Part shown: piece by piece, positions 11,737-23,390 of the stretch
Numbering within the stretch: the stretch's first letter is position 1
Layout: each line of letters starts with the position of its first letter
NCBI RefSeq assembly: GCF_963921235.1
Contig: NC_086097.1
Coordinates: 28,832,001-28,896,000, forward strand
Length of the DNA stretch: 64,000 nucleotides
Reading direction: 5' to 3'
DNA from: Mobula hypostoma
Taxonomy: Eukaryota
The notes under the pieces: model-generated
Told to the model about the DNA's origin: nothing
Database searches by the model: none
The model's input: only the letters and a program-made list of their open reading frames with translations
Program-made: the position numbers and the translations under genes

Positions 11737-14563
11737 CAAGACAAAGGAACAAAAGTAGGCCATTCGGCCCATCGAGTCTGCTCCGCCACTCCACCGAGCT
11801 ATACTTTTCTCCCATCTAGTTCCAATTTCCAGCTTTTTCCCCATATCCCTTGATACCCTGACTAATTAGATACCTATCAATCTCCTCCTTAAACACCCTC
11901 AATGATCGGGCCTCCACAGTTGTACGTGGCAACGAATTCCATAGATTCATGACCCTCTGGCTAAAAAAATTTCTCATCTCTGTTTTAAATGGGTACCCTC
12001 TAATTCTAAGACTGTTGCCTCTTGTCCTGGACTTGCCCACCAAGGGAAACAGCCTTTCCACATCTACTCTGTCCAACCCTTCAACATTCGAAATGTTTCT
12101 ATGAGATCCCCTCTCATTCTTCTATACTCTAATGAATACAGTCCAAGAGCTGACAAATGCTCCTCATATGTTAGCCCCTGCCTTCCAGAAATCATCCTCG
12201 TAAATCTTCTCTGAACTCTCTCCAACATCAATACATCCCTGCTAAGATAAGGGGCCCAAAACTGCACACAGTATTCCAAATGAGGTTTCACCAGTGCCCC
12301 ATGGAGCCTCATCAACACCTCCTTACTCTTATATACTATTCCTCTTGAAATGAATGCCAACATAGCATTCCCTTTCCTTACTGCCGATCCAACCTGGTGG
12401 TTAACCTTTAGGGTATCCTGCCCGAGGACCCCCAAGTCCCTATGCACATCCGAATTTTGAATTTTCTCCCCATCTAAATAATAATCTGCCCGATTATTTC
12501 TTCTTCCAAAATATACAACTGTACATTTCTCAACATTATATCTCATCTACCATTTCTTTACCCACTTCCTGCTCCTCCACCAATCTTGGTGTCATCCGCA
12601 AATTTAGCCACAAAACCATTTAATCCATAATCTAAATCATCGATATACATTGTAAAAAGAAGCGGCCCCAACACCAATCCTTGCTGAACACCACTAGTAA
12701 CCGGCAACCAATCAGAATAGGATCCCTTTATTCCCACCCTTTGCTTTCTGCCTATCAGCCAATGCTCCACCCATTCCAATATCTTTCCTGTAATTCCATG
12801 GGCTCTCATCTTATTAAGCAGCCTCTTATGCGGCACCTTATCAAAGGCCTTTTGAAAATCCAAATACACAACATCTACAGCCTCTCCCTTATCAATCTTA
12901 TTTGAGATTACCTCAAAAAATTCCAATAGGTTTGTGAGGCAGGATATTCCCTTCATGAAACCATGCTGGCTTGGGCCTATCTTGTCACGCACCTCGAAGT
13001 ATTTCATAACCTCGTCCTTGAGGATCGACTCCAATAACCTTCCAACTATCGATGTCAGACTAATAGGTCTGTAATTTTCTTTTTGCTGCCTTCCTCCTTT
13101 CGTAAACAGCGGAACTACATTTCCGATCTTCCAGTCCTCCGGAACCATGCCAGAGCCTATTGATTCCTGGAAGATCATTTCCAATGCCTCCACAATCTCC
13201 AAAGCCACCTCCTTCAGAACCTGTGGATGCACCTCATTGGGTCTGGGAGACTAATCTATTCCTAGCCCATTTAGCTTCCCAAGCACTTTCTCTCTAGTAA
13301 TCTTGACTGTACCTAATTCTATTCCCTGAGACCTCTGGCTATCAGGTATGTTGCTAATGTCTTCCACTGTGAAGACCGATGCAAAATACTCATTTAGTTC
13401 CTCTGCCATCTCTGTTATCCATTATAATTTCTCCAGCATCATTTTCAATCAGTCCTATATCTACCCGTGTCACTCTTTTACTCTTCATATATTTAAAAAA
13501 GGATACTGAGTTTTTATGTTAATTGCCAACTTCCTTTCATAATCCATCTTTTCTTTCCTAATGACTTTCTTAGTTTCCTTCTGTAAGTTTTTAAAAGTCA
13601 TCCAGTCCTCAGTTTTCCCACTAATTTTTGCTTCCTTGTATGCCGTCTCTTTTGCTTTTATTTTAGCCTTAACCTCTCTCGTTAGCCACATTTGTGCCAT
13701 TTTTCCACTCATGATTTTCTTTTTTCTTGGAATATATTTTTCCTGCACTTTCCTTATTTCTTGTAGGAATTTCATCCAATTCTCCTCTACCGTCCCTCCA
13801 TCTAGCTTACTTTTCCAATCTACTTGGGCCAGTTCCTCTCTCATACCACTGTAATTTCCTTTGTTCCACTGAATTATTGATACACCCGATACCAGCTTCT
13901 CCTCTTCAAATTTGAAACTGAACTCAATTATATTATGATCACTACTTCCAAGGGGTTCCATTACCTCCAGCTCCCTAATCACCTCAGGTTCATTACACAG
14001 CACCCAATCCAAAACAGCCGATCCCCTAGTGGGCTTATGGTCAAGCTGCTCCAAAAAGCCATCCCGTAGGCATTCTACAAACTCCCTCTCCTGAGATCCA
14101 GTACCTTCCTGACTTTCCCAATCCACTTTCATATTAAAATCCCCCATAATTATCTTGACGTTTTCCTTCTGACATGCTTCTTCTATTTCTAGCTGTAACT
14201 TGTAGTCCACATCCCGGCTGCTGTTTGGAGGCCTGTATATAACTGCTATTAGTGTCTTTTTACCCTTGCCATTTCTTAATTCTACCCATAAGGATTCTTC
14301 CTCTTCTGATCCTATGTCCCTTCTTTCTATTGATTTGATATAGTTACTTACCATCAGGGCCACGCCACCCCCTTTACCTACCTTCCTATCTTTCCTATAC
14401 ACTGTGTATCCTTGGACATTCAGCTCCCAATCATATCCATCATTTAGCCATGACTCAGTGATGGCCACAATGTCATATCTTTTAACCTGTAGCTGTACAA
14501 CAAGGTCATCCGCTTTACTTCTAATGCTGCGTGCATTTAAGTACAGTACATTTAGATTACCAA
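11737..14563 (-). mobile_element. CR1 LINE, near-complete but disrupted ORF2 (APE + RT)
   Basis: LYLNARSI and AITESWL..IIMGDFN..SDHN (APE, 13485-14468); YLDFQKAFDKVPH, QGLVLGPLLF and KFADDTK (RT); CR1 C-terminus RRMRGDLIE. Confidence 0.95.
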
Positions 14564-15034
14564 TTTTGCTGCATTTCTATCGCACAGCAAATTAACTTGA
14601 AATTATCATTGAAAGTTATGACAATTGTCAAACAAATGCTCCTATTTAAAGAAATAATAGTACAAAATTTTAAGTGTATTGACAGGGCAATGCAGTAGAT
14701 ATTAAAGGGCCTTGTGTTGTTGCTTGTTGAGTTCTAAGTTGTTCTGCTGAGCAGTGTGGGCATGCTATAATCAGTCCTGGAATGTGTGGTGACACTGCAC
14801 CCTGCCCCAACACATCCTTGAATGTGTTGGTTGTAACACAAATGATGCATTTCACTGCATGTTTCGATATGTGATAAATAAATCAGAATCTGATAATGGT
14901 TTATGTTAATGGTTAGGCCTTTGACAAGATCCCACAAAAGAGACTGCTCCACAAGGTTAAGGATCATGGGATCCAGGAATGCTGGCAAACTGAATCTAAG
15001 TTGACTGGGTAATATGAAACAGAGGATAATGGAA

Positions 15035-15188
15035 AAGGTCGACCTTCACTAATCCAACTACCTGTAATCCGGTTCCTTCGATAATCCGGCACTGATTATG
15101 TTTAATGTGACCCTTCTGCAATTCGGCGTTTTCACTAATCCGGCACTCCTCAGGTCCCAATGGTGCTGGATTAGTAAAGGTTGACCTG
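15035..15188. mobile_element. Tigger/pogo-like MITE
   Basis: TIRs AGGTCGACCTTCACTAATCCA and TGGATTAGTAAAGGTTGACCTG followed by TA; internal TAATCCGG repeats. Confidence 0.7.
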
Positions 15189-15459
15189 TATAAGATTTAT
15201 CTGTGATTTAATGCCCTTGACAGTGGCACCACTGGGACCCTTGCAGTTTGTTATATATGCAAATAATTTGGATTTGGATGTTAGTGGATGATCAGTAAAT
15301 TTGCAGATGGTATCAAGATAGATGGCACTATTGGCAATGTGGAAGGCAGTCTTACACTAAGAGTGATACCAGTGTTTTCTGAAATGGGATGAGAAATGGA
15401 AGATGGATTTTAATTCTGATAAATCTGAGGTGATGCATTTTGGGAGTATGAGGGAACAT

Positions 15460-16440
15460 TTCGGGAATCCTGCATGAGGACTCCCAAGTCCCTTTGCACC
15501 TCAGATTTTTGAAATTTATGCACATTTAGAAAATAGTCCACGCTTTTCTTCCTTCTACCAAAGTGCATGACCACACACTTCTTTATACTATATTCCATCT
15601 GGCACTGCTTCGCCCATTCCCATTCTCCCAATCCAATCTGTTTAAATCCTTCCGCAGACTCCCTGCTTCCCCCACACTACCTGCCAATTCACCATCTTTC
15701 TATCGTCTGCAAACTTGGCCACAAAGCCATTAATTCCATGATCTTAATCATTAACATATAACATGAAAAAAAGTGGTCCCAATACAGAACCCTGAAGCAC
15801 ACCACTAGTGGCCAACCTGAAGAGTTCCCCTTTATCCCCACTCTTTGCCTCCTGCCAGTCAGTCAATCTTCATTCCATGCTAGTTTCTTCTCTATAACAC
15901 CATGGGCTCTCATCTTGTTAAGCAGCTTCATGTGCAGCACCTTGTCAAAGGCCTTCTGAAAATCCAAGTAAACAACATCCACTGACTCTCCTTTGTCTAT
16001 CCTGCCCATTATTGCAAAGAATTCCAACAGATTTGTCAGCTAAGATTTCCAGAAAAAGAAACAATGCTGATTTTGGCCTAATTTAACATGTGCCTCCACG
16101 TACCCTGAAAACTCTTCTTTAAAAATGAACTCCAACATCTTCCCAACCACTCGTCAGGTTAAGTGACCTACAATTTTCTTTCTTCTGCCTCCCTCCCTTA
16201 AAGAGGAGTGATGACATTTGCAATTTCCCAATCTTCTGGAATCATTCCACAATTTAGTGATTCTTGAAAGATCATTAATAATGGCTCCACAATCACCTTA
16301 GTCACCTCTTTCAGAACCCTGGGGTGTAGTCCATCTGGTTCAAGTGACTTACTATCTTTAGACCTTTCAGCTTCCCAAGCACCATCTCCTAAGTAAAAAC
16401 CAACTACACTCATTTCTGCCTGCTGGCACTCTCAAATTTC
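15460..16440 (-). mobile_element. Older CR1 RT fragment inserted among plus-strand CR1 remnants
   Basis: PDGLHPRVLKEV..IPEDWEIANVI and WAKQCQMEYSIKKCVVMHFGRR. Confidence 0.8.
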
Positions 16441-17267
16441 TCTATTAACCATCCTGGAAATTCTGGAGAACCAAAGGGTCTATACAGATGAGACAGTAAA
16501 AGAAACTATTATTGTAAAGTAACGCTACTAGAAAAACATCAGAGCATCAAAAACATAAATCCTAAGAGCTTTGAAAGAGGTAGCTACAGAGATCATGATT
16601 CTCCAGATATTTTCCAAAATTCTATAGATTTTACAATAGTTAATGAGATCGGAGGGTGGCAAATGTGACCCTATTGTTTAAACAGGGTGAAGTGAGAAAA
16701 ATGGGAATTATTTGGTAGCTTGACATCAGTATTTAGGAAGACACGAGAATCTTGATGTTTTACCAATAACATAACTGGACAGTGCTAAAATGATTTATGA
16801 AAGGAAACGGAAACTGCCTTCATTGAGGATGTATCCAGTAGAGTAGATGAGGGGGTTAAAACAAGAAAATGTAATGCATTTGGATTTCCCAAACAGGATC
16901 TAGTAAACAAGGTTAGAACAAATGGAATTAGGGGTCAACTTACTAATATTCTTTGACAGTTAATTAATAGAGAACAAGAAAGCACAAATAAGTACTTCCG
17001 AGGTTGGCAGGCTATGCCATCATCATCATATATGACATGGGTGATCAAGACTTTTGACCATGGTAGTTCGTAGCAAATTTTTCTACAGAAATCGCTTGCC
17101 GTTGCCTTTTTCTGGGTAGTGCCTTTGCAAGATGGGTGACTGCAAACATTATCAATACCCTTCAGAGATCGTCTGCCTGCTGTCAGTGGTCACATAACCA
17201 GGACATGATATGCACAGGCTATGAGCAGTGGCATAATACAGAGATCAGTGCTACAACTACTCACACT

Positions 17268-17461
17268 GGGGTGTGTGGGGTGTCAGGGAGGGGTAGCACC
17301 TCTGGTGGGGTAACATGTCGCGTCCTTTTCAAGGCGGTTAGTCCACCTTTGGTCCCCACCTGGCACTCAGCTCTCACCTGTGGCTCCCCGTAGCTGTTTG
17401 CATGCGACAGCGGCCACACCCCAGGCAACGGCTTTGACAAGCCGGCTAAACCAGGCGAGGG
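17268..17461 (+). ncRNA. Candidate HDV-like self-cleaving ribozyme
   Basis: P1 17268-74/17416-22; P2 17371-80/17452-61; P3 17382-84/17413-15; L3 begins TCCCCGT; P4 17429-34/17439-44; J4/2 GCTAAAC. Confidence 0.7.
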
Positions 17462-17831
17462 TAGCCGACGGGTCTCAAACCCTCGGTGAGATAGGGAGTT
17501 GTCTATCCCAGCATGTGAAGACAGACTCCAGCGGATTGAGCGGACGAGACTAATGGAAGGTCCAACGGTCAAGAAGGCAGTCTCTGCAAGCGTCGTGGAA
17601 CGTGTAGAGCAGGACAAGACACAGAAGACTTCCTGGTCATCCACTGCACCTAGTCTCATCTCCAGTCGTCTAGACTCTGTCTTGCCACTGGATCCAGATG
17701 GGAATTGGGAAGAGAGAGTGAGGCTGACTCTGCGCAACTCTCCCTCACTTAAATCCAAGTCACGCGCTAGTCTCAACACCATCATAATGGTTTCGAGGTC
17801 CTCATCAACGTACGATGGACGAACAACAACA
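17268..17831 (+). mobile_element. Non-coding RTE-type retroposon with 5' HDV-like ribozyme, (CAA)n tail and 9-bp TSD
   Basis: TSD ACTCACACT at 17259-17267 and 17832-17840; 3' GAACAACAACAA tail; GC-rich structured head; no recognisable protein. RTE assignment is inference from the tail and 3' sequence. Confidence 0.8.
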
Positions 17832-18117
17832 ACTCACACTCAATATCCAAGTTTAATGAAGACACAACTGGGAATGTGGTAGTGATGAAAATGCAAAGAC
17901 TAAGAGAAAAGGCAAAATTAATTGACATCTGCAGTACATGGAAACATGATGTTATCAAATCAAAACTGGAATGAAAATACTTTTAAAAATAATGATGAAA
18001 GACAGAAAATGCTGAGATTCAAAGAGACCTGGGTATATTGTAAAAGGTAAAGATGAGCTTTATTTGTCACATGTACATCAAAATGTACAGTGAAATGCAT
18101 TTTTGTGTGAAATCAAG

Positions 18118-18460
18118 TGGGCTGCTTTGTACTGGATGGTGTCAAGCTTCTTGAGTATCGATGGAGCTGCACTCATCCAGGCGAGTGACAAGTATTCTAT
18201 TTCACTCCTGACCTGAGCCTTGTCCACCATCTACAAGCTTTAGTGAGTCAGGAGGTGAGTTATACACTGCAGGATTCCTAGCCTTTGACCTGCTCTGGTA
18301 GCCATGGTGTTTATATGGCTAGACCAGTTCAATTTCCTGTTAATGGTAACCCCCAAGATGTTGATAGTAAGGGATTCAGTGATGGTGATGCCACTGAATG
18401 TCAAGGGACAATGGTTAGAGCCTCTCTTGCCTGGCACCTGAGTGACTCGAAGGTTACTTG
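18118..18460 (-). mobile_element. L2/CR1-group LINE RT C-terminal remnant
   Basis: ESLTINILGVTINRKLNWSSHINTMATRAGQRLGIL. Confidence 0.65.
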
Positions 18461-18866
18461 CAAAGGTTGTGAAGGTTCATGGGTTCAGTGAAGGTTTACT
18501 ACAGTGGCTCCGTGGAGTTCAGCTACAATGTCAGTTTAAATGGTTCGGCGTGGACTAGATGGGTCAAAAGGCCTGTTTTGTGCTGTACTTTTCTATGACT
18601 CTAAATACATCCACATAAAGCAGTCACAGAGTTGAAATGCTAATTCTGCTTCTTCTGCTAGAAACATTGCCTCAACTGTTAGTATTTCCATACTTTGTTT
18701 GATATAGAAGAAAATAAGTTTGACAGGACTTCTAGGAGCCAACTGTCTCACTAGGCCCCCTTCCAAATCATAATCATTCTCGTATGTGTCTATGCTCCCA
18801 CAAAGTTGCACATAATTTTCTAAAAGCTTCATATCCCTTGGCATTCCTGATGATTATTTCACTTCT

Positions 18867-19030
18867 GAGCCAGCTGGTGGCGTAGTGGCATCAGTGCCAA
18901 ACTTCGGAGTGAAGGCTCCCGAGTTCGAATCCAGCCTGCTCTCTTGCATGCTTTCCATCCGTGCTGGGTTGAGCATGGAGCTAGCAACTCGGACTCGTAA
19001 AAATAAGGAAGCCTGCTAAAAAAAAAACGC
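18867..19030 (+). mobile_element. tRNA-derived SINE
   Basis: A box TGGCGTAGTGG (18878-18888), B box GAGTTCGAATCC (18921-18932), A-rich end; no complete cloverleaf. Confidence 0.75.
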
Positions 19031-19049
19031 TGTCATATTTTTGTTTAAA

Positions 19050-20200
19050 GATCTCAGTGAATGCTCCAGCCAGTTGATCAACACAGGTCTTTAGTACTTG
19101 GCCAAGTACCCCGTCTGGGCTAGATGCCTTTCATGGGTTCACCGTCCTGAAGGCTGCTCGCACATTGGCCTCAGAGACGGAATTCACAGGATTATTTGAG
19201 GTGGTGAGAGTTGTTAATGGTTCCTCTATGGTTTGATGGTCAAAATGAGCATAGAAGGCATTGAGTTTATCTGGAAGCGAAGCCCTGTTGTCACTTACGT
19301 CGCTTGATTTTACTTTATAAAAGGTGAAAGCATTCAAGCCCTGCCACAACTGTCAAGTATCCTTTATTAATTCAAGTTTTGGCTCGGAATTTCTACTTTG
19401 CCCATGTGATGGCTTTCCAGAGAACATACCTGGCCCTCTTGTAACTTTCTTGGTCACCAGACTTGAATGCCTCTGATCTAGCCTTCAGCAGATTGCGGAT
19501 CTCATGGTTCATCCAGGGGAAGGCTCCAAATGATCTTGTGGGGACACACTTGTCTACAACCACTTTAATAAAGTATAAGACACCCATGGTGTATTCATTC
19601 AAATCCATGAATGAACCCTTGAATACTGCCTAGTCTACCGACTTGAAGCAATTGCGTAACTGTTCCCCTACCTCTGCCTCTATGCAGGTAGAAAGACAGC
19701 CAAGTGATCAGACTTACTGAAATGTGGTCTGGACATGGAACAGTAGGCATTCTTTATCTTAGTATAACAGTAGTCTAGTCTGTTGAGACGTCTGGAGCTA
19801 CTGGTTATATGCTGATGGTAATTGGGCAGGGTTTCTTCATACAAGCCTGGTCGAAGTCCTCAACTGTGATTTGAAATGCACCGGGATGGAATGTTTCATG
19901 TTTGGAGACAGCATCATATAGTATCTCGGGTTTTTGGTTATAGTCAGCTGCTGGTGGTGTATAAACTGTGGTTAGGATTATGGAGAATTTCCAAGGTAAA
20001 CAGAAAGGATGGCATTTGATTGTTCAAAGTCGAGGGAACATGAGTTCGACAAAAATGCCACATGTGAGCATCATCGAGTTTATCATGAAACATACACCTC
20101 CATCTTTTGCCTTTTCCAAATCAGCATTTTGGTCCACCCTGTGAATCGAGAGGCCTTTGGGAGTAAGCCATTTCTTGGTTACACATGAAACAACAATCTC
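19050..20200 (-). mobile_element. Rex1/Babar-type LINE fragment (APE to RT linker)
   Basis: PWMNHEIRNLLKARSEAFKSGD, SLPDKLNAFYAHFD and VSEANVRAAFRTVNP. Confidence 0.8.
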
Positions 20201-21794
20201 TCAGTTCATACAATTGTATTAAGACTCCTTTTCTCTTTCGGAAAAGCTCACATATTAATTTTCTGTCTATCTACTTGCACATTACTTCCTGAGATTTGCA
20301 GGCAGGGATACATACAGGAATATTCAAGTCTCTCACCTTCACCATAAGAAGATTTATTCTCTTCTTCCCAACAAAATGAATCTCATATTACTTTCCACAC
20401 TTTAAATGCAACTCCTCAATCATGGAAGTGGGGTGGTTAAGTGCTGCTTTCCTAAAGAATAGTGCATATCACAATTTTCCATGATGTAAAGCCACATCAT
20501 CTACCTGTGTGTCAAGAAATGCTAATTAAGAAGTAAAACTGCTCTTATTTATTTACTCATCCGCCCATCCACATAAACTCTGTGAGAGCACATTTTTGTT
20601 TGTATATTTTGTATCTCAGACATCCTGTCAGTGACTTATGAATTCCATAGGGCCAAGTTTCAGTTAAGTAGCTGTAATGCTGGGGGTGGGGGTTGCAATT
20701 TTATATGCCATTTTCCTGAGAGGCAAAATTAAGATACCTTTTCATTTCAAATCCATTCCTTATTCCAATATAATTTCTCCCAAAGATTGCAATATACACA
20801 GATGGATCTGGGTATAGGTTCATTCTGGTTCCAGCAGAGCAGTCAGTCGCATTCTCCCATCCATGTAGTCTTGCAACTTATGCTGGCAGATGAATTGGCC
20901 AGCATCTGCCAATTATTTCTCATTGCAGGTGGTGCCAAATGAATCAATGATGAATTGATGTGTATGCAAGATAGAATGAGTTGCAGTCAACTTATTCTAC
21001 CTTGCATACAACTTTACCATCTGAGTAAGAACTGTTGGTATGGGATGCAAGATCTACCTGCAAATTTAACTCAGTTTTCCTATTTCCATCTAAAACGCTC
21101 ACTGTGCCATTACCCAGCTGCACTTCAGCAAGGTCAATCTAGTCCTCAAGTCTCTGCCTATATTATAATCCCAGAATATAAGCAGAGACTGAGGTTCACC
21201 AAAGTTTGGTCAAGGGAAGTGGAGGGACACTTAGAGGACTGCTTTAAATCAAGCAAACTGGACTGTAATTCAGAAATTCATGTTTGGATCTGAATGAATA
21301 TGCTGCAATCGTTACTGACTTTATCAAGACCTACATGGATGTATGTGTGCCTTCAAGAATATACCGAACCAGAAGTCCTAGATAACCAGAAGATTTGCAG
21401 TCTACCAAGGATCAGAAGTTTCAAGACCAGCGATTCAAAACTCCACAAGAAGGTACAACATATGGAAGGCCACTGTGAGAGCAAGAAAGACAATTCCTTG
21501 TGAAGTGAGAGGCAATCAGATGCACGACTGATGATGATATCCCAAAGGTGTCAGGGTTGTGAGGTTAACTGGACACTGCGCTCAGAGTCTGTTTCCACTT
21601 TGTGCCTCTCTATGGCTCTACAAATATTACAACTAATCATTACCCTACAATTTTATATATTATTTTTCGTCCCAATGCTTTACAAATTGTACGATTAAAT
21701 CAAAATTATGGTTTAGTAATAATGTCAGATATTTTTAAAATAGCCAGTTTAAAAATAATTGATGTACCATATTATGTGAGACAACACCAACTGT

Positions 21795-21798
<4 letters not shown>

Positions 21799-21829
<31 letters not shown>
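21799..21829. repeat. (AT)n microsatellite
   Basis: Direct read. Confidence 0.9.
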
Positions 21830-21834
<5 letters not shown>

Positions 21835-22143
21835 TGCATTGATATGTTGGGACCAGGTTAGATCCTCAGAGATCTTAACACCTAGGAACTTGAAACTGCT
21901 CACTCTCTCCACTTCTGATCCCTCTATGAGGATTGGTATGTGTTCCTTCGTCTTACCCTTCCTGAAGTCCACAAACAGCTCTTTCGTCTTACTGAGGCTG
22001 AGTGCCAGGTTGTTGCTGCAACACCACTCCACTAGTTGGTATATCGCACTGCTGTACACCCTCTCATCCCCATCTGAGATTCTGCCAACATTGCATGTAT
22101 CATCAGCAAATTTATAGATGGTATTTGAGCTATGCCTAGCCAC
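21830..22143 (-). mobile_element. Rex1/Babar RT fragment
   Basis: IYKFADDT..KTKELFVDFRK..SFKFLGVKISEDLTWSQH. Confidence 0.85.
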
Positions 22144-22479
22144 ATCCGAGGAGCAACAGTGTTGATCGTCAGCAAGGAGGACAGGTTATCACCAAGCCCT
22201 AACACAACGTCATGGATAAGCTGGAGCTCACATTGGCAACACTCAGTGCCCAGACTGTCTGCCTACCTCACCTGTGCAAATCTGGAAGGTCTTGCTTTAG
22301 CTTCCTTAGTTATTCAAGAGCACATAAAATGAGAGTAGAAGCAACTCATCCAATGCAAGAAGCAGCATAGAAAAATGGAGAGCTATGTTGGAGGGGTAGT
22401 TTAGATTGATCTTAGAGTAGGTTAAGAAGTTGGCACAACATTGTGGGCTGAAGGGCCTATACTGTTCTACATGAGGCTG

Positions 22480-23390
22480 CTAAACAAGACAAGAGTCCAT
22501 GTATTACAGGAAAGATATTAGCATAAATAGAAGACTGGCTGAGTGGCAGGAATAAAAGGGGCCTTTTCTGGTTGACTGCGGGTGATTTGAGGTGTTCCAA
22601 AGGGGTCGGTGTTGGGACCTCATCTTTTCACGTTATATGTCAATGATTTGGATGATGGAATTGATAGCATGGTGGGCAAATTTGCAGATGATATAAAGAG
22701 GGGTGGAGGGGCAGATCGTATTGAGGAAGGGTGTCTACAGAGGACTTGGACATATTAGGAGAATGGGCAAAGAAGTGACAGATGGAGTACAAGAAAAGAA
22801 TACAGTTGACGTTTTAGACTGAGACCCTTCATCAAGACTGGTGAAGGCTCTCAGCCCGAAATATCAACTGCACTCTTTACCATTGAATCTGCCTGGCCTG
22901 CTGAGTTCCTCCAAAATTTTGTGTATGTTGCTTGGATTTCCAGCATCTACAGATCTTCTCTCATTTGGAATAGTGTAGGGAAATGTATGGGTGTGCACTT
23001 TGGCAGGAAGAATAAAGGTGTACACTATTTTCTCAACAAGGAGCAAATTCAGAAATCAGAGGTGCAAAAGGACTTAGGAGTCCTCACACAGAAATTCCTA
23101 ACGATTAATTTGCAAGTTTAATTAGTAGTAAGGAAGAAAAATGTAATGTTCTTTAGCCAGAGATGTGTGAATCCGTGGAATTCATTACCATAGATAGCTT
23201 TGGAGGCCAAGTCAATGGGTACATTTAAAGCAGAGGTTGATAGGTTCTTGTATAGTGTATGGCATCAAAGGTTACCTGGAGAAAGCAGAAGAACCGAGTT
23301 GAGACAGATGATATATCAGCTATGATCGAACGGCAGAGCAGACTCAATGGTATGAATGGTCTAATTCTGTTCCTATGTCTTATGGTGTTA
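22480..23390 (+). mobile_element. Old CR1 3' fragment interrupted by an older PLE fold-back (about 22790-22965)
   Basis: KFADD and VHFGRKNK..VQKDLGVL remnants; insert has inverted CAGTTGACGTTT...AATATCAACTG hammerhead-derived arms. Confidence 0.7.

Noticed and set aside
17261..17882. 174-aa and 127-aa ORFs in the retroposon
   Set aside because: No domain similarity; the region is better explained as structured non-coding RNA.
18867..18940. tRNA gene
   Set aside because: A and B boxes are present but there is no proper cloverleaf, and it continues into a SINE body.
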